This document shows positions 49,181 to 63,375 of a stretch of 64,000 nt of DNA, one piece after another. The stretch is from assembly GCA_002633005.1 (NCBI GenBank), contig NMRA01000150.1:673914-737913 (forward strand), written 5' to 3'. The translations under genes and the position numbers were made by a program. Under the pieces are notes generated by a model. That model saw only the letters and a list, made by a program, of their open reading frames with translations, ran no database searches and had not been told where the DNA came from. The DNA is from Phoronis australis. Lineage: Eukaryota > Animalia > Phoronida. Positions within the stretch are counted from its first letter, which is position 1. Every line of letters begins with the position of its first letter.

Positions 49181-50732
49181 ATCCATCTTATTATTGTTGT
49201 TGTTTTCAATTAACTCTGGAGATTGCTAAGGTTTTACAATGTATCCGGTATCTGAAACTTTGGTTCAAATTGTGTTTTATTACCACTTCTTGATTAAACA
49301 AATTATGAAGGGACAAAGATTGTTTATTTTATATAAGCTCTGTTGTTAGAACTACAAGCGTTATTTGACTTTCCTGTCATTTCTTTGACTTTCTTGAGTC
49401 CTGATTTGATCTGTAGTTTTTGAAAACTTTCCATTGGCTTTGTGCAATGCTTTGTTCAACGTTTTAAATAATAATGCGATTTTGAGTACATGTTTAAATC
49501 TAGTATTTCGTGTTTTTAATGGACTAATTGGTTCGTCTATATTAACCCCGTGTTCACAAATTACCACAGGAAGCTTGGTTGTAAACTATCCGTATGGTTT
49601 TATCCCTCAAACTGTTTATTAAACCAATGCAGCTGGTCAAAAGTAGTTCCATCCATTCATTTGTGGCTTTGGAATATGGGTTGGATGTCTCTGTTAGCGA
49701 TTAGCCTCGTGCTAATTGTAATTAAACATTGTTAATGATAAAGGCCTGAAAAGTTTGAGACCACGCGAGCAATCGACAAGTATCAACGAATCTGATGAGG
49801 TTCTTTGAGGAGTAAGCCATTATCGGTGGCTTCGCTGCAGGAAAACAGTGGGTAAATAAATTGCTGATTTTTGGAACTAGTTGACTTCTGAAATTGAATT
49901 CATTGTCGTAAAAAGTTAAACTAGGCCAACCGATGAAATGCTGTGTTAGGTTTTGATTATCTGGTACCGATTAATAACTAGACTCTAGGTCCACGTCATT
50001 ACCAACAGAGACCGTCTTTAGTATGGTACGAATCGTCATGCGCTTGTGGACTACTCGCTAAGTACTGTCGTCTCCGAGTTTAAACAAAACAGGGTGTTTT
50101 TTTTTCTGTTATGGCAAACTCGAGTTATTCTATGCGGTTCAGTAAACAACAATAGCCATTGTAGACTCCTTTTTATTACCGACAATAGGGAATGAAAAGC
50201 CTGCGGTTCTTAGGCAAACAAACGAGTTTCCCAGGTAGTTTAGTCACCTTCAGATTGAGCATTTGCAATCTTAGTCGGGGTCATTGGTTGACGTCGCTAC
50301 CGACAGCGCCGCTGCGTTCCTGATAACATTATTGTTGGTCGCGTTTTGTGGACGCAAGAAACTTGTAGAATCCAAGTCTTCGCGAGATGTCGCCATGCAG
50401 AAACCGTGAAGTACGTACGCTAGCTTTCATGGCAACTACCTTGAGTTCACAAAACGCGACCCTGCTGCTTGGTGACCCGAAATAATAATAGACGAGTCCA
50501 TTTCATAAATGGTAAGCGAAATGTAACACTTAATATATCATTTCAAGTTTTTAAAGCCATTTGCCTATTTCCTTTGACCATAGAAACATCAAAAATATAA
50601 ACTAAATGGTTCGCACAACTTTTTTGGTTGAAAAATTCAACTCTGTGATTTTGTATCGTCTACAACCTTCGGCCACAAGGAAATGAAATGCTGCCTGCCA
50701 CTGTAAAACCTCGAAAACGACGGGAAAACAGC

Positions 50733-50787
50733 ATGGACGACAGACTTGGTTTTATAATCCTCGTCATTTTACCCCTTTCTGTTGCTG
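50733..50787 (+). other. Candidate signal-peptide first exon of an unidentified gene
   Basis: agcATGG, MDDRLGFIILVILPLSVA, then phase-1 G|gtaagt. No downstream exon identified. Confidence 0.35.
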
Positions 50788-51914
50788 GTAAGTTAATCAC
50801 TAAGTTAATCTCGAACCACTTTATATTTAAGAACTGTCACAACACTTCGTGTACGGGTTATTTTTGTAGTCAGATGGACTCTTCGATCGTCAACCTGTTG
50901 CTTGTCATTGATTCGGTGGGCATTGGTTCGTTTGTTTCGGTTTATCTTCTTCGTTCTGATTTTGGAGCCAGTGGGGAAAAGGGAATAGATTCCAGATTAT
51001 CAATCGACAAATCTTTGTGTTTGACCTTCGCAACTGGAAATTGGTTATATAGAAATTTCCACATGCCAGCTGGCAAGTACCACTGACTGTAACAGTGGAA
51101 TTGTCAATTATGAAACGTCAATGTTACGTAGAGGTTCATGTTCAATACTGTTCAATGCAAGGCTGCTGCAACCTTTTCTGTCCTAATGTTGCTTCTGATA
51201 TCATTTTTGATCCGTCTTAAGTTTTGGCTGCCTGTCAGTTTTCATCACTTCACACAACCGTACTAATTAACCCTGACACTTTCTTCCAAAGTCTGTCTAG
51301 TTGCGGATATTTTTATGAGATTAGCGCAGACTGTTGTAATTTCGTTGGCTATTACGGTTTGAAGCTCTTCAAGTGATCATAGTAAGTGAAAATGGGCCCA
51401 ACTGAGTGTCCTGCGCATATCTGATGCTGGACACTTACCGTGTTTTGCATGTCTTACGTAATTCACCCCTTTTCTTGAGCGAGTAATCAGTGTTGCGTGG
51501 GTGACGAGAGGGCCAGTAGCCTACTCTGGGCAATGCTAGCTCGTAATTCAGATTGGTCGATTCAGGATAATTCACACATCGCTAATCAGGGGCCCCGTAT
51601 TGGTGCCAATTATGATACCAAGAATGCTACTTTTGTCAAATATACTTTCCAAATTTAAGATTTTGCCTTGGTGTGCATGCATTTTAGCGGCCAGCAGTTT
51701 TTGTATGCATGCTTTTAAGCCCTAAATAGCACTACAACATGTACAATTCCTTGAACTTGGCTTACTGGACCCCACTCTCGATCTTGACCATACACATAAT
51801 GAAAATGTCGAGACCCGCCCCCAACACAAACCAGACTAATTCACGCCGACAGGAGGCGCGTTCCAAAACAAGGCTCGCTACGATAACTCCGTTGGCTTAT
51901 CGGCGTAGTTGTAG

Positions 51915-52031
51915 TTCTGTGTTGCTCGCACGGCTAGGAAAAATCTGGACACTCATCTGTCTGTTTTTCAATCCCCTGCTAAGGACGCTGAGATTCGGAA
52001 GCGTTGGGTCGTTGCTATACGCCGTGACAGG
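51915..52031 (+). pseudogene. Degenerate THAP zinc-finger fragment (likely DNA-transposon derived)
   Basis: FCVARTARKNLDTHLSVFQSPAKDAEIRKRWVVAIRRD resembles the THAP LS.F.FP.D...R..W..AI.R motif; followed by a stop. Confidence 0.6.
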
Positions 52032-53962
52032 TCACGGTGACACTTGAATGAGCACAATTATGAAAATGCTACTTGAGACAAAAGGCAGAGCCTACTTGTA
52101 TGAGAACTTGCAACAGGGCGAGAGAGCTATTGATGGTGATCGGGAAGTGGATTTTTCACCTAACTCGGTGAAAGAATTCTCCTCTCAGAAGGCACAGGCA
52201 CAACCTTTCCCCTCGGATGAAAGAGGCCCCTGAAGAAACATGATAACTATGCTTGCTCTTTCCAGTTAACAGAAATTGAGCTTTAAAACGAGGTTATGCT
52301 TAATGGATGATCGAATTGGGTGTTTAAATTTTATAATTCAACTTGGTCCCGATTGATATTTAAACCTAACACATTCAATAGACGTAAGAATCATTAAAAC
52401 CAAGAAAGCAGAATTGATAGTCAAATGATTTTTATTTTCAGCTACGAGCCTGGTTTTTAATTTTAATAAAAAATATATTTAATAACATCAATTATTCTTT
52501 CAGATCAATGACAAATCAACTTTGTAGTCCCGGTAGTCCCTACCTCACCAGGACCTAGGCTATGCATGATTTTATTTCTTGATCAACAAAGTAAAGCAGA
52601 TGCACATGACAGTAAAATGCGATGCTGTCGAATATATCTTCAACTCGTCAACAATACGAGCAGATGACATGGTTTGTGTAGAAAGCATTTTTATCAACAG
52701 TTTACAAGAAGAAACGTAACCCCGCATTCAATATAATACCTAGTCCGGTGTCACGTAAAATTTCTTCCTCGTGAAATTTCTTCCCACTCCGACCCTGTTA
52801 CGCATGCGCGGTATTAAAGGGAAGTTATTTTATGTCTAAGTCATAAAATACTGAACTTCTCCGTGAAATTTCCTCCCCAACGAAGACGGCAAAGCACAGC
52901 TGTAAAATGAGCCTAAAACAGAAGTTCACTACGTGTGCGATAATGGTCAATTGTCATTGTTATGTTAGACATAGATAAATGAATTACTTCAAATCAGTCG
53001 CCGGTCAGTAGGCTTGCGCACTATGGCCTATACTTTGTGCCGGCGTTGTGATCTCATGTTTCGTTTGTTTTATTGTACTCTGTCAATTGTATTATGAGCT
53101 GATATTACTTATGTCTCNNNNNNNNNNNNNNNNNNNNNNNNNNNNNNNNNNNNNNNNNNNNNNNNNNNNNNNNNNNNNNNNNNNNNNNNNNNNNNNNNNN
53201 NNNNNNNNNNNNNNNNNNNNNNNNNNNNNNNNNNNNNNNNNNNNNNNNNNNNNNNNNNNNNNNNNNNNNNNNNNNNNNNNNNNNNNNNNNNNNNNNNNNN
53301 NNNNNNNNNNNNNNNNNNNNNNNNNNNNNNNNNNNNNNNNNNNNNNNNNNNNNNNNNNNNNNNNNNNNNNNNNNNNNNNNNNNNNNNNNNNNNNNNNNNN
53401 NNACACTAAAAGAAAACACAGAAATTGGAAACCTTGTTTTGGACAGTGTATAGGATGAGATTCGGAAAAAAGGAAACGTTCAAAATCGGGGTAGGAAAGC
53501 TCCAGTAAGCGAAAACTTAGCGAGAATCAGGAAAAGTATTAAAAACTCTAGGATCATTTTGCAAAATCACACGCCGTGGGAAAAATGGCCCATCGCAGCA
53601 GCAATGGACACGACACCGGCACTACGATCGCCGCAATTTGGTCATATTTATTTTTCGTATTTCTAACCTAGTTTTCTGACAAAAAAATTATACCCTTTCG
53701 TCAGACAACTCTTGACTTGTTCTCGAATGTATTTTTTCTACGTCTTTGTGGTTAATGATCGACACATTTTTAATACTTAATATCCAGATTGGACGCAAAA
53801 GACCGGCCATTTAACTCACGCAATGTCTACTTCCGTTTTGTTTATCGCAGTGAGCCTCCCTTTGAATTGTAATGTCCGCCACATGAACTGGGTTTATAGC
53901 ATTGATGCTTCTAAAATGCTTTGATTACGGCTTTCGATCGTCCCCAATACACTATATAATAT

Positions 53963-54438
53963 ACTACAAGGTATGACACTCCGGACTAGAAATTCCACGG
54001 GTGCTTCAGTTTAGCCGTCCATAGCAAACACAAATTCAATAAATCTTCAAAACAACAGAGGTTCAACAAACCATGAGGAACTGTTGTTTCTCCCAATACC
54101 ATTCACAGTGTCCAGCTCTACCGAGTTCGCAACAAATTCGCGGTCAAAGCACAAAAATCTTCCCAAAAAGTCGCTGCACGCCAGGAATATGCTACACGGA
54201 AATTGCCGGTTTGTCACGGAAGGTCACGACATCAATTACTCCTTTTAGCCCAAAGATTTTACAGTTACACTAGGACGGCCATCTTGGGATATAGTATCTT
54301 GCTTAGCCAGATCATTTCGTAACCTTCCGTGGTGAACCTGCAATTGCCGTCGATTATAGAGTTTTGTGGTTGCTATGGCCGGACGGCTGAAATGAAGCAC
54401 CCGTGGAATTTCTAGTCCGGAGTGTCATACCTTGTAGT
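53963..54438. mobile_element. 476-bp MITE with ~80-bp TIRs in an AT-rich target
   Basis: ACTACAAGGTATGACACTCCGGACTAGAAATTCCACGGGTGCTTCA has a perfect inverted copy at the right end; flanks ATAT/ATAT (TA or 4-bp TSD ambiguous). Confidence 0.88.
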
Positions 54439-57400
54439 ATATACACTTGGGAACCCAATGGTTGACCGCCTAAGCGTAAAACGAGCTTGTTGTCGTACTC
54501 ACCCAATTATTCCACTTCAAAGTTATACTCGGAATAGGATTTGATTTAACTCTCACAAATATATAGCATTCGTTGATTCAAAAGTTTTCTTTTATTTATG
54601 CCGAATTGTTGAACTGTGCATTGCTTTTCGGCAGTCATTTTATACTCCTATTGTCGTCATATATGCTGCCGCCTTTTGAAAGAACAAAAAAACACGCAGA
54701 AAAGGCCAAGAAAATAGTGGAAAGTGGTTTACAAGAATTCTAGTTCAACCACAAACTGTTTTACTGGTATGATGTCGATTAAAATTGATTCAGAATTTCA
54801 GTTCTGGAAAATAAATCGCGATTGTTTTATTCCAGACAAACCTTACTTTATTTTCTACTTGTGACCTCTTTATTTGACTTTTTGCCGTTGTTGTTCTGAA
54901 CACCACTTATCTCTGCTGCCATTCTTTTTCTATTCGGTTTTTCTTCATTCTCTGTTAACACCTTGTCAGCCAAAACAGAACTGTAACCCTTTGAGACTTG
55001 GTCGGCGGAAGTTGATCATTGAATCTCGATGTAGTTGTTCTAATAAATTGCCCAATATCATATTGTTTGACTTTTTCTCACCTTTAACAAACTTCTGCAA
55101 TCATAAATAAATAAATACATACCCAAGTTGCATTTGCATTTTATTGCTCAACCTCTTCTTTTATTTTTGATTATGTCATGCTGCATTGTATGTAACAATG
55201 CAATATAGTGAAATAAAGTCAACGTTTCACTTTATTGGTGGCCACTCTCTATCAATTCAAGTATTTTAATTTTCTTCACAGTAAATCCAACATGCCTGAA
55301 CCAAAAAGTTCAACATCAATGTTGAGCTCAGTACTTTGTTTTGCAATAAAAAACAAGTGGACAATATTTTGATGACCAATGCGTGGGCCGAAACTGTTAA
55401 GCACCCAGCGTGTTGCATTTGTCTGTTGCGTTTTTCCTTTGGCCTAACAGGTGTCGGTTAGTGCCTGGGACAAATAGAGACATTGCATAAACAATCCCTG
55501 GGTTGTCTTTTGTTACGTCTGAAGAAAATTTAATTTCGAAAATATCATCTGAAAATGAACAAAAAAGTGCATTAGTAAAATCTACAAGTTTTTAAGTGGT
55601 CTCAAAAAACAGTCGGTAAATGCACCGAGTTTCGTCTCAGTTTTTCCATGCGTGTTTCGCCCGAGAGGTTAGTACCTAACGTGCAGACGAGCACTCCAGA
55701 TTGGAACGCTAAGTCCCGCGTGGCTGCGCTGCACGCGAAAGAAGATGGCTAACGACCATTGGAGCCTGACGACGATAGGTATTCCGACTATATTATAGTG
55801 TAATGGGGACAATCAGAAAGCTGAGGACGCCTGCGATTGAGAAGCCGTGACTCTACGTCACAGCCGGAGTTCGCATGCCACAACATTGAGATCATTATAT
55901 TGTACTGAATGCTCGATCCTTAGCAAAGTCAATATTGTACCAAAAAGAGTGAGATCTGGTAAAAAAACAGCCATGTTTTTCGTTCTGGGCTCATCTACAA
56001 TTGATGTGACATGCGCTTTTTATCTTTTATTTGATGACGTCTCCAGAAGTGGTATCAAAGACCCGCACGGCAAAGTCTGTCATGAGAGCCTGCGTCTGCT
56101 GAAATATTATTACTTGAACATTTGTGACATTGCAAGCAAACACGTTCCTGAAATGATCATGTGAAGTAAATATTGTTTTGTATCATATTTTTGGAGGTGT
56201 TTGTCAATCAACCAGAGATGCATGGCAGTGTTCTGCAGCGTGATGTTAAGAGCAAGGTGACCAGTATCACAGTGCCTTGTGTCCTGAATGTCTATACATG
56301 TTGTTCTCAATAATAAACGAGTAAAGCAAATAACATCACTACTGTCAACATGTTTTTTTCAATAGCTCTATTGTCATTCTCAAGGTTAAGGAAATATGTT
56401 TGCTCTAGTACAGGCTCTGAATACTTCCTTATAAGACGGTCAGGAGCTGTTGAAATGTTGGTAGCTGTGTTATGTGTTATTTTGATTACCTATAACACTT
56501 TTATTATTGAGAAGTTCGTTATACAGCTACTGAGGTAGCGCACTCTGCTGTAGCACCATGTGGTGGTAGATGAATTTCTCTACTCTATGCTAGTAATTTT
56601 ACGTAGTGGAAATGAGGCTTTTTACTGCCGTTTGTAAACTGAAAAAATGGCTTGGTACATTTTTAGTGGTAGGCGGGAATGTTAAATTTGATTATTTTTT
56701 ACCGGGTCTAATCAGACAAAAGTTGGATGGTACCTGATTTGAAAAACAGTCACTTTGACAGAATAAAAGGTGTATTCGCCCTAATAACCCCCAGGGCGCT
56801 CAGAAAAAATCGTTTCAAGTGGGCGCTTATTGTAACTCAAGGCAATTGAAACCCGGTCTCCGAAACGGGAGAAATCGGAAGCTAAGATTCATCATATTTA
56901 CGCTTTGTGACGTATCTGTAACCTATGACAGACTTTCTACAAAACGTTGGTGCATTGCTATCAAACTTTGCTGTTAAGTTGCCATCATTTTACAGAAAAT
57001 TGTGCTGAAATCCCAGGGCGAAAATTCGCTGACTGACTGCCTCGCAATCGTCGACATGTCAACTTGAATGCTTCAATTCGACTAAAGCAAATTACCTGAA
57101 ATCCTCCTTACGTTTTTCAGATAGTGTCCCTAAGATTTTGAAGTTCCCCTTGGAGTCGGGATTAGCGGCAAAAAAGTCAAAATCTATTCTAAACCATGAG
57201 AAAAACTCTCCTGGTCTCTAGCTACAGCAGTGCAACTCTCGGACTACTAGTTGTGATAGTAAACATGGAGCTTGACACCCAGCCACAAGCCATTTACTGC
57301 CTGGCCTAGTATTCTGTACACTCTATAAATGACTTTTGTAAAATACTTTAAGACTTTTTGTTAAAGTATACAAAAAATAGCACAAAGAAAAGTGTATGAC

Positions 57401-57959
57401 ATGACATCGATTTTTTTCTACATCCAATATTTATGATTTTAGAAACTAATACGTTGATGTGAATGTGGTGTATAAGTGCAAACTTGTAGTAGTAATTTTC
57501 ATTACAGGCTTTGGTGGTTTATTTCAAGCTTTTCAGTTTCATTCATACACTTTTGAGAACTTCATGATATTTTCGTAATAGTGGATGTAATAGTTTTACA
57601 GCTATATCATCTATTGGGAACTATTTCAGTTGTGCAGTGATATGTCCCTGTGTAAGCTGGTTGAGCAGACGTCACTGGTATCGGTCATATAAATGAACAC
57701 CAGTGAGTAGAACAAGATACAAAATAATGGCCACAATTGTCAAAAGAATCTTAAACATTATTAACCTAAACAAGCAATCTTGTTTAGTCATTAATCATAG
57801 TTTTTCATTTGAATGTGTAAACCATAGACATAAATATAATTAGCAAACAGCATCATCATTGGATAATAGCATATGCTGGTCAATAATTATCGTATTTAAT
57901 TGATCTTATATGGCCTCAATCACCAAGACTGATGTGGAAATAACGCATATAGTAACTCC

Positions 57960-58204
57960 GCTTAAATTATGGTGGCAGAACACAAAAACCTACTTGCAGC
58001 ACCAATAAATTCCATGGCCGAACCAAAAAACCTATGAGTCAATGGTAGGACCAAAAATCTTAACTCGTTGGCTGCAAGCATAACACTTCGAGCCCGCCGA
58101 TTTTCTGGCTGATGCCGTAGGGCTCCCAGTGTTTTCCGCCATTTTTGTCCTGTGTAGCACTCTCCAATATGGCATGTATCTGAGTGGCGCGCGCCCGGTC
58201 TATG
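57960..58204 (-). mobile_element. Dispersed repeat fragment, homolog of 10261-10526
   Basis: Reverse-complement similarity along ~245 bp. Confidence 0.75.
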
Positions 58205-61200
58205 TATTAATAAGATGTCCATGGTGTAAAATAAATACCTACGTTGAATGTAACCACAGTAAACTAATTCTCCATATTCGTAGAAGTACAAAAAGAAACA
58301 CTATGAACAAGCTTACTGTACACTTTATATGCATCCTAAAATGACGTTGAAACTCATTCAGGCCTCAGACAGACCTCAGACAGAGTGCATATCTGTGTTC
58401 AGGGATAATATTTGCTCGGTTTACATGAACAAAGAGGTCGTGTATTTTATAGGTTTAAAATTTCTCGAAAGGACTGAAAAGGCTGTGCAAATGCGTGTCA
58501 AAAGTTTCACAGCTCAGACTTAAGGCGGCGCTAATTTGCACAGACAATATGAAAATTATCCTTATCCCATGCGCGTTGAATCTGTCGAGGGAAAAGGCCT
58601 TGTAACAACGTTCTCCGTATTCACCTCCCGCACAGGTCAATGTCGAATCGACGTCGTTAGCCGGTTCGATCAAACTTTCGGAAAACAGTTTAAAAGTAAT
58701 ACAGTTGTAGCAGTCTAAATAACACTCAACATGCTATCAGGTCTCAATCGTAACATCTGGAGCAGGACTGTTAATTATATGACAATTCTCTGTCAGTTTC
58801 AATTGCTAAATATTATATCGTCTGCAACTCAAGCGTATAATTTTTGTCTGCTATTAAAATTGAATTCCGTTTCCCGTTTATGTTTTTGTATTACAATATC
58901 TAAGTGTGGTAAATACTTTCATTTTTCCATCCTGGAAACTCAGTAGTCATTATTTGTCTGCTCCTGACATGAACTAACAATGATATAAAAATATTCAGAC
59001 TTTCTGCATTGTTAAAACTGACAAAAGCATTAAATTGTCTGCTCCTGGCCTGAGCTAAAAATGATAGAAAAACATTCAGAGCCTCAGCATTATTACAATC
59101 GACAAAAGCATTTATCGCACATTTTTGATGTTTGTGTTAGGTGATATCGAATTCCTTTCCGTAAATCAACCATGTTACCCGGGGCTATTAACAGTATCGA
59201 GGATCCGTTTTTATGATCAGTATGTGTAGCTTAGTCTCGTGTACTGGTGAACCTTTTTGGAGTTATCTGTATAATTTTTATGTCGCCATTCTTAAAGTTA
59301 CTTAAAACCTGTGCGTTCTGTCAAAGAAAAACAAGTTTTGATTTATTGCACTTGTATCTTGATGAACTTTTCTTCTTCAGGAGCGACCTCTTGGCTCAGA
59401 AGACATTTCTTCAGGCAAAGCTGATAAAATTCCACCCCACGCCGTGACCCATAAGCTTCAGTGGTCTGAAGAAATATCATACTCCCTTGCGCTCTCTTGT
59501 TTTGAGCATGTATGGGAAAAACTTTCAAATTCATGTTTTGTCAGTTTAGTTGACATTTTAAAATGTCTACGCCCAATCGCTAAATAACTATCCTTCACTC
59601 TTTCATTGACCTGTAACAATTTTTTTTCTCAGACTCACCGTTTTTGCGTTATTTGCCCTTAAATTTCAAGAAAATGCAAAATTTGAAACTTTTCGAAATT
59701 TTTACGGAATTTTGTAAATCTATATTTTCGATAGAGTTTTGAACGGGCTTTCAGGAGGTGTTTTTTATTTTTCGCTATGACGTCTACTTTTTGAATTATT
59801 GGAGATTTTCTGATAACGCTGTTAGTCCTTTGTTGGTTTACCTCCTATTGAGCAAGACTGTAGCCTATTTCTTACTGACTTCTGACATCTTCGACCGTCG
59901 TATGAATGTGATAATCATGTTCATCAACACCATCATCAGCATTATCATCGTCATCTTCATCAACATCCTCATTAAGGCGCTTTTTCAGTTAATTTCATCT
60001 AGTGTCGCTCCTCTGAGCGCTTTCATTCTATTTGTTGTGGTAGTGTGGGTTGTGACCTGCAACCACATCAGATAGGGAGTGAGGCTGATTCATATGTGAC
60101 AACGGAAACACATGTATATCAGGATAAATAGGAAGGAAACTTCAGTGCCATGATGGCGCCAAAATACCCCTCCAACAAATTAAAGCTTATTCAGAGAAAA
60201 GAAAAATGATATGCATGTACTCAGGATACCTATAAATAAATGTTCTTCAATTAAGTTTACGTAACATCAACTGAGTGTGCAATGACTATTTGTTAATTCA
60301 TTTTGTATTTTGTCAGTGTTTGTTCCATTAGATTTTATCACCCAGGGTAATTGATATATTTTCTGTAGTTAATGGATTGAAAACAATAAAAAGTAAATAT
60401 GCCAAGCTGTAAACAACAGTTTGCATACGTGAAACTTAATTCTTTCTCAAGGAGATCTTATCACACAAGCAGAAAAGGATCAGATGATGGCAAAAGGTAA
60501 CGTAAAATGAGGTCCACGCTATGATGACTGGAAATGGTGGAAAAGTCCGAAAGAATATGCAGTCTCTCACTAAGTCTACATTAGCTATAAAATCGTACTT
60601 GTGTTCGATTCTTATAGCAGCAAATCAAATTATCCCTTGGGCTTAAAGGTGGCAATCCCAGGTGGTCATCTAGTTGTTTCCTACTCTTTTATTTTAGATT
60701 CTGTTGCAGGAAGAACGCCTAGAATTTGAAAAGCTACATTTGTCTGAAAAAAGTTGAACTCTAAAGTTTATAAAGAGCTTTCTATAAAAGAAAACAATCT
60801 GGGTATTGAAAAAGTTCATTTCACTAATAAAATCAAAACTCACTAAACAGAAAGGAAAGGTCAAAATTCCAAAAACAATATACTACTAAACATTATCAAC
60901 TGATAAATAATGAAAATAAAAAATAATAATGTACAGGTGTTGTTGAAGAAAAAGAAGAATACTCCACTCTATATGAAACGTGAACAAATTAATCAGATTA
61001 TTCAAACGTAAAAATAAGTTCCTCAGTTATTCGGACGTAAATTCATCTACATGTATATAGGCCAGAATCTTCTGTAATTTCATCAAACTTGTGGAGTACC
61101 ACAATATTGTAATATTGTCATAATTTTATATTCATTTGGGTTTGTTTTGGTCCATTGGTCTGCCTGTCATCGCTTGTACAATTGACCTATCGCAAGCTCC

Positions 61201-62074
61201 GCCCCTTTGCGTAATGTCGAGTAACAAACAATGAGTTTTACCCAGCAACATGTTGTTTGTCGGGTAAAATGGCGGCTTGGAAACGAAGGTGTGCCAATAA
61301 TACTGCGTTCTAAATGGCCAGTTCAGCCGTCACTCAAAATCCTGGCGATAGGTCAATTATCTTGCTGTGCAGTCACTCTGACATGCGTGTATTGTGTGTA
61401 TGCACTCATTCTACTAAAATAAAAGTTACAGTGGAAACTGTTCTTACTCATCACTCTGATCTTTGATTTCGTATGATACATTCTGACTGCAGTCACTGTG
61501 TAGCTCGTTTAGCCAATCTGTCGTTTTGCTCAAGTTGCTTTGTTTTTCTACAGAAAACATTAAGGACGTTTACTCAATTCATCAGTTTACCCGACATTTT
61601 ACTGTATTTTTGTGCAGGGAGTATGGATAAAAATAATATTGTATTCGCTTTCTAGCTCAAGTCAGACTTTAATCAAACTCGAGCAGAAGTTGACAGCTTA
61701 GTGCGTGCACCTCACGAAGGCAAACACAATTTCGTTTTTATATGAGCTAAACTATGATGGACATTTTGTTGTACAATGTTTAAGCATTGCACGTTAAAAA
61801 GAATAATTATCCGGTGTTTTTAACTGTGTGTGGTTGGAAATATTCTCATAACTGCAGCAACATCCAGTGAATGAATTTGGCCAAAGACTAATGACATTTT
61901 ATGTTGAAAATTGTGTCTACTGAACATCCAATGACTGTGCTGAAATATATGTGCATCCAACAGTGTGTGTACATCGTTCCTATTTTACATCAATTTGTCA
62001 TGTTCTGTTCTACTCCACTATAGTTCAGTTCTACATAAATGGAACACAACTACCGTTCTTCTGCATCATTGATT

Positions 62075-63047
62075 TCATAAATGTTTATTACGAAATCTTC
62101 AGAATACAATGAATATATATAACCCAGAAAGCTCCAAGAGGCATTAGATCTGGGTTAAAAATATAAAGAAGTCTATATACAATTATTATACACGAATACG
62201 TATATAAAAACTGAAGTTAAGATTACAATGATATATGATTACGAATGTAAATAATTCATTTTCATACACATGTATACAATTATATCCACTCACACAAAGA
62301 GATTCAATGTTATAAAGAAATTCTGATACTATTTCCAATAAAACCTTATTTTCAATTGGGTTAAGTTCTTGACATCCATATAAAAATAATTTTGTTGTAC
62401 AATTGCGGAATTTCAGAATATTTTTGTAAACATTGGGAGTATTGTTCGAGTGTCTGGAAAAGCTGTACCCTCTGCTCCTTGCATACCTCACAAGCAAAGA
62501 AAACATGAGGATAGGTTTGGGTGTCTCCACAGGGACACAGAAGCGAAATTTTATAAAAAATATGTCTTAATTTCTCGTTGTTTAGGAATAGACCGCATCT
62601 TGATCTGTATAGGGTTATTTTATGGTTTCGAGGAAGTTGGAATGATGTCAATGGGACTGGCAAGTCTTGAGACGGTAGTGGTATGCATTTTAAAGTTATT
62701 TTTAGAGGGATATACGATTGAAGTGCTTTCTTTTATTCTGAATGGTAAGGAATTCCAGTTGTCAATACAAGTTAATATCGTTGATCTCCTGATGGCTTGG
62801 TTGATGGAAGTGTGCATATTACTTTGCTGCAGTCCTGGTCTCGTATTTGGTGTTTTGTAGGAGTCAACGAGGATTTTGTTAGAGTAATTGTTTATGTTGG
62901 TTAAGACTTTGAATGTATACAGGGACAGGTGGAGTTTACGACGGGTTTCTAGTTTGCTCCAGTTGTGACTATTTAGAACCTTGATTGTGTTGGACCCTTT
63001 GTAGGCCCCTGTTATGGCTAAAGCTGCTTGGTATTGTAGTCTTTCTA
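62075..63047 (-). mobile_element. 5'-truncated non-LTR retrotransposon related to 22522-23575
   Basis: LERLQYQAALAITGAYKGSNTIKVLNSHNWSKLETRRKLH...; frameshifted C-terminal CPCGDTQTYPHVFFAC; AATAAA at 62084-62089. Confidence 0.88.
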
Positions 63048-63375
63048 ATAGCCGCGGCGAATGTGCAAATCCGCCATATTTGATTTTGCCGCCGCAGTTG
63101 CATTGTGGGAAATGTATGCTTCTATCGCTAAGACGAGCGATTGTGTACAGTGTTGCCGGGTGTTGTTGCAACGAATGTTTAGCCCAGAAGCGGTTAATAA
63201 AATTATTTTATTTGAAATCTTATCAAAAATAAATTTTAAACGAATAACTAGTGCAGGAAACATGCAACTGTATTTTATTATAGAAATGTTTTGGAAATGA
63301 ATTAAGTCAAAGTTGCAGCACCCCACCTTCGTCGACTGTGACTCCGAGGCCCAGTCTGCAACCTCCGTCAGGTTC

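Noticed and set aside
53048-53458. ORFs spanning N runs (also 41826-42104)
   Set aside because: Artefacts of scaffold gaps.
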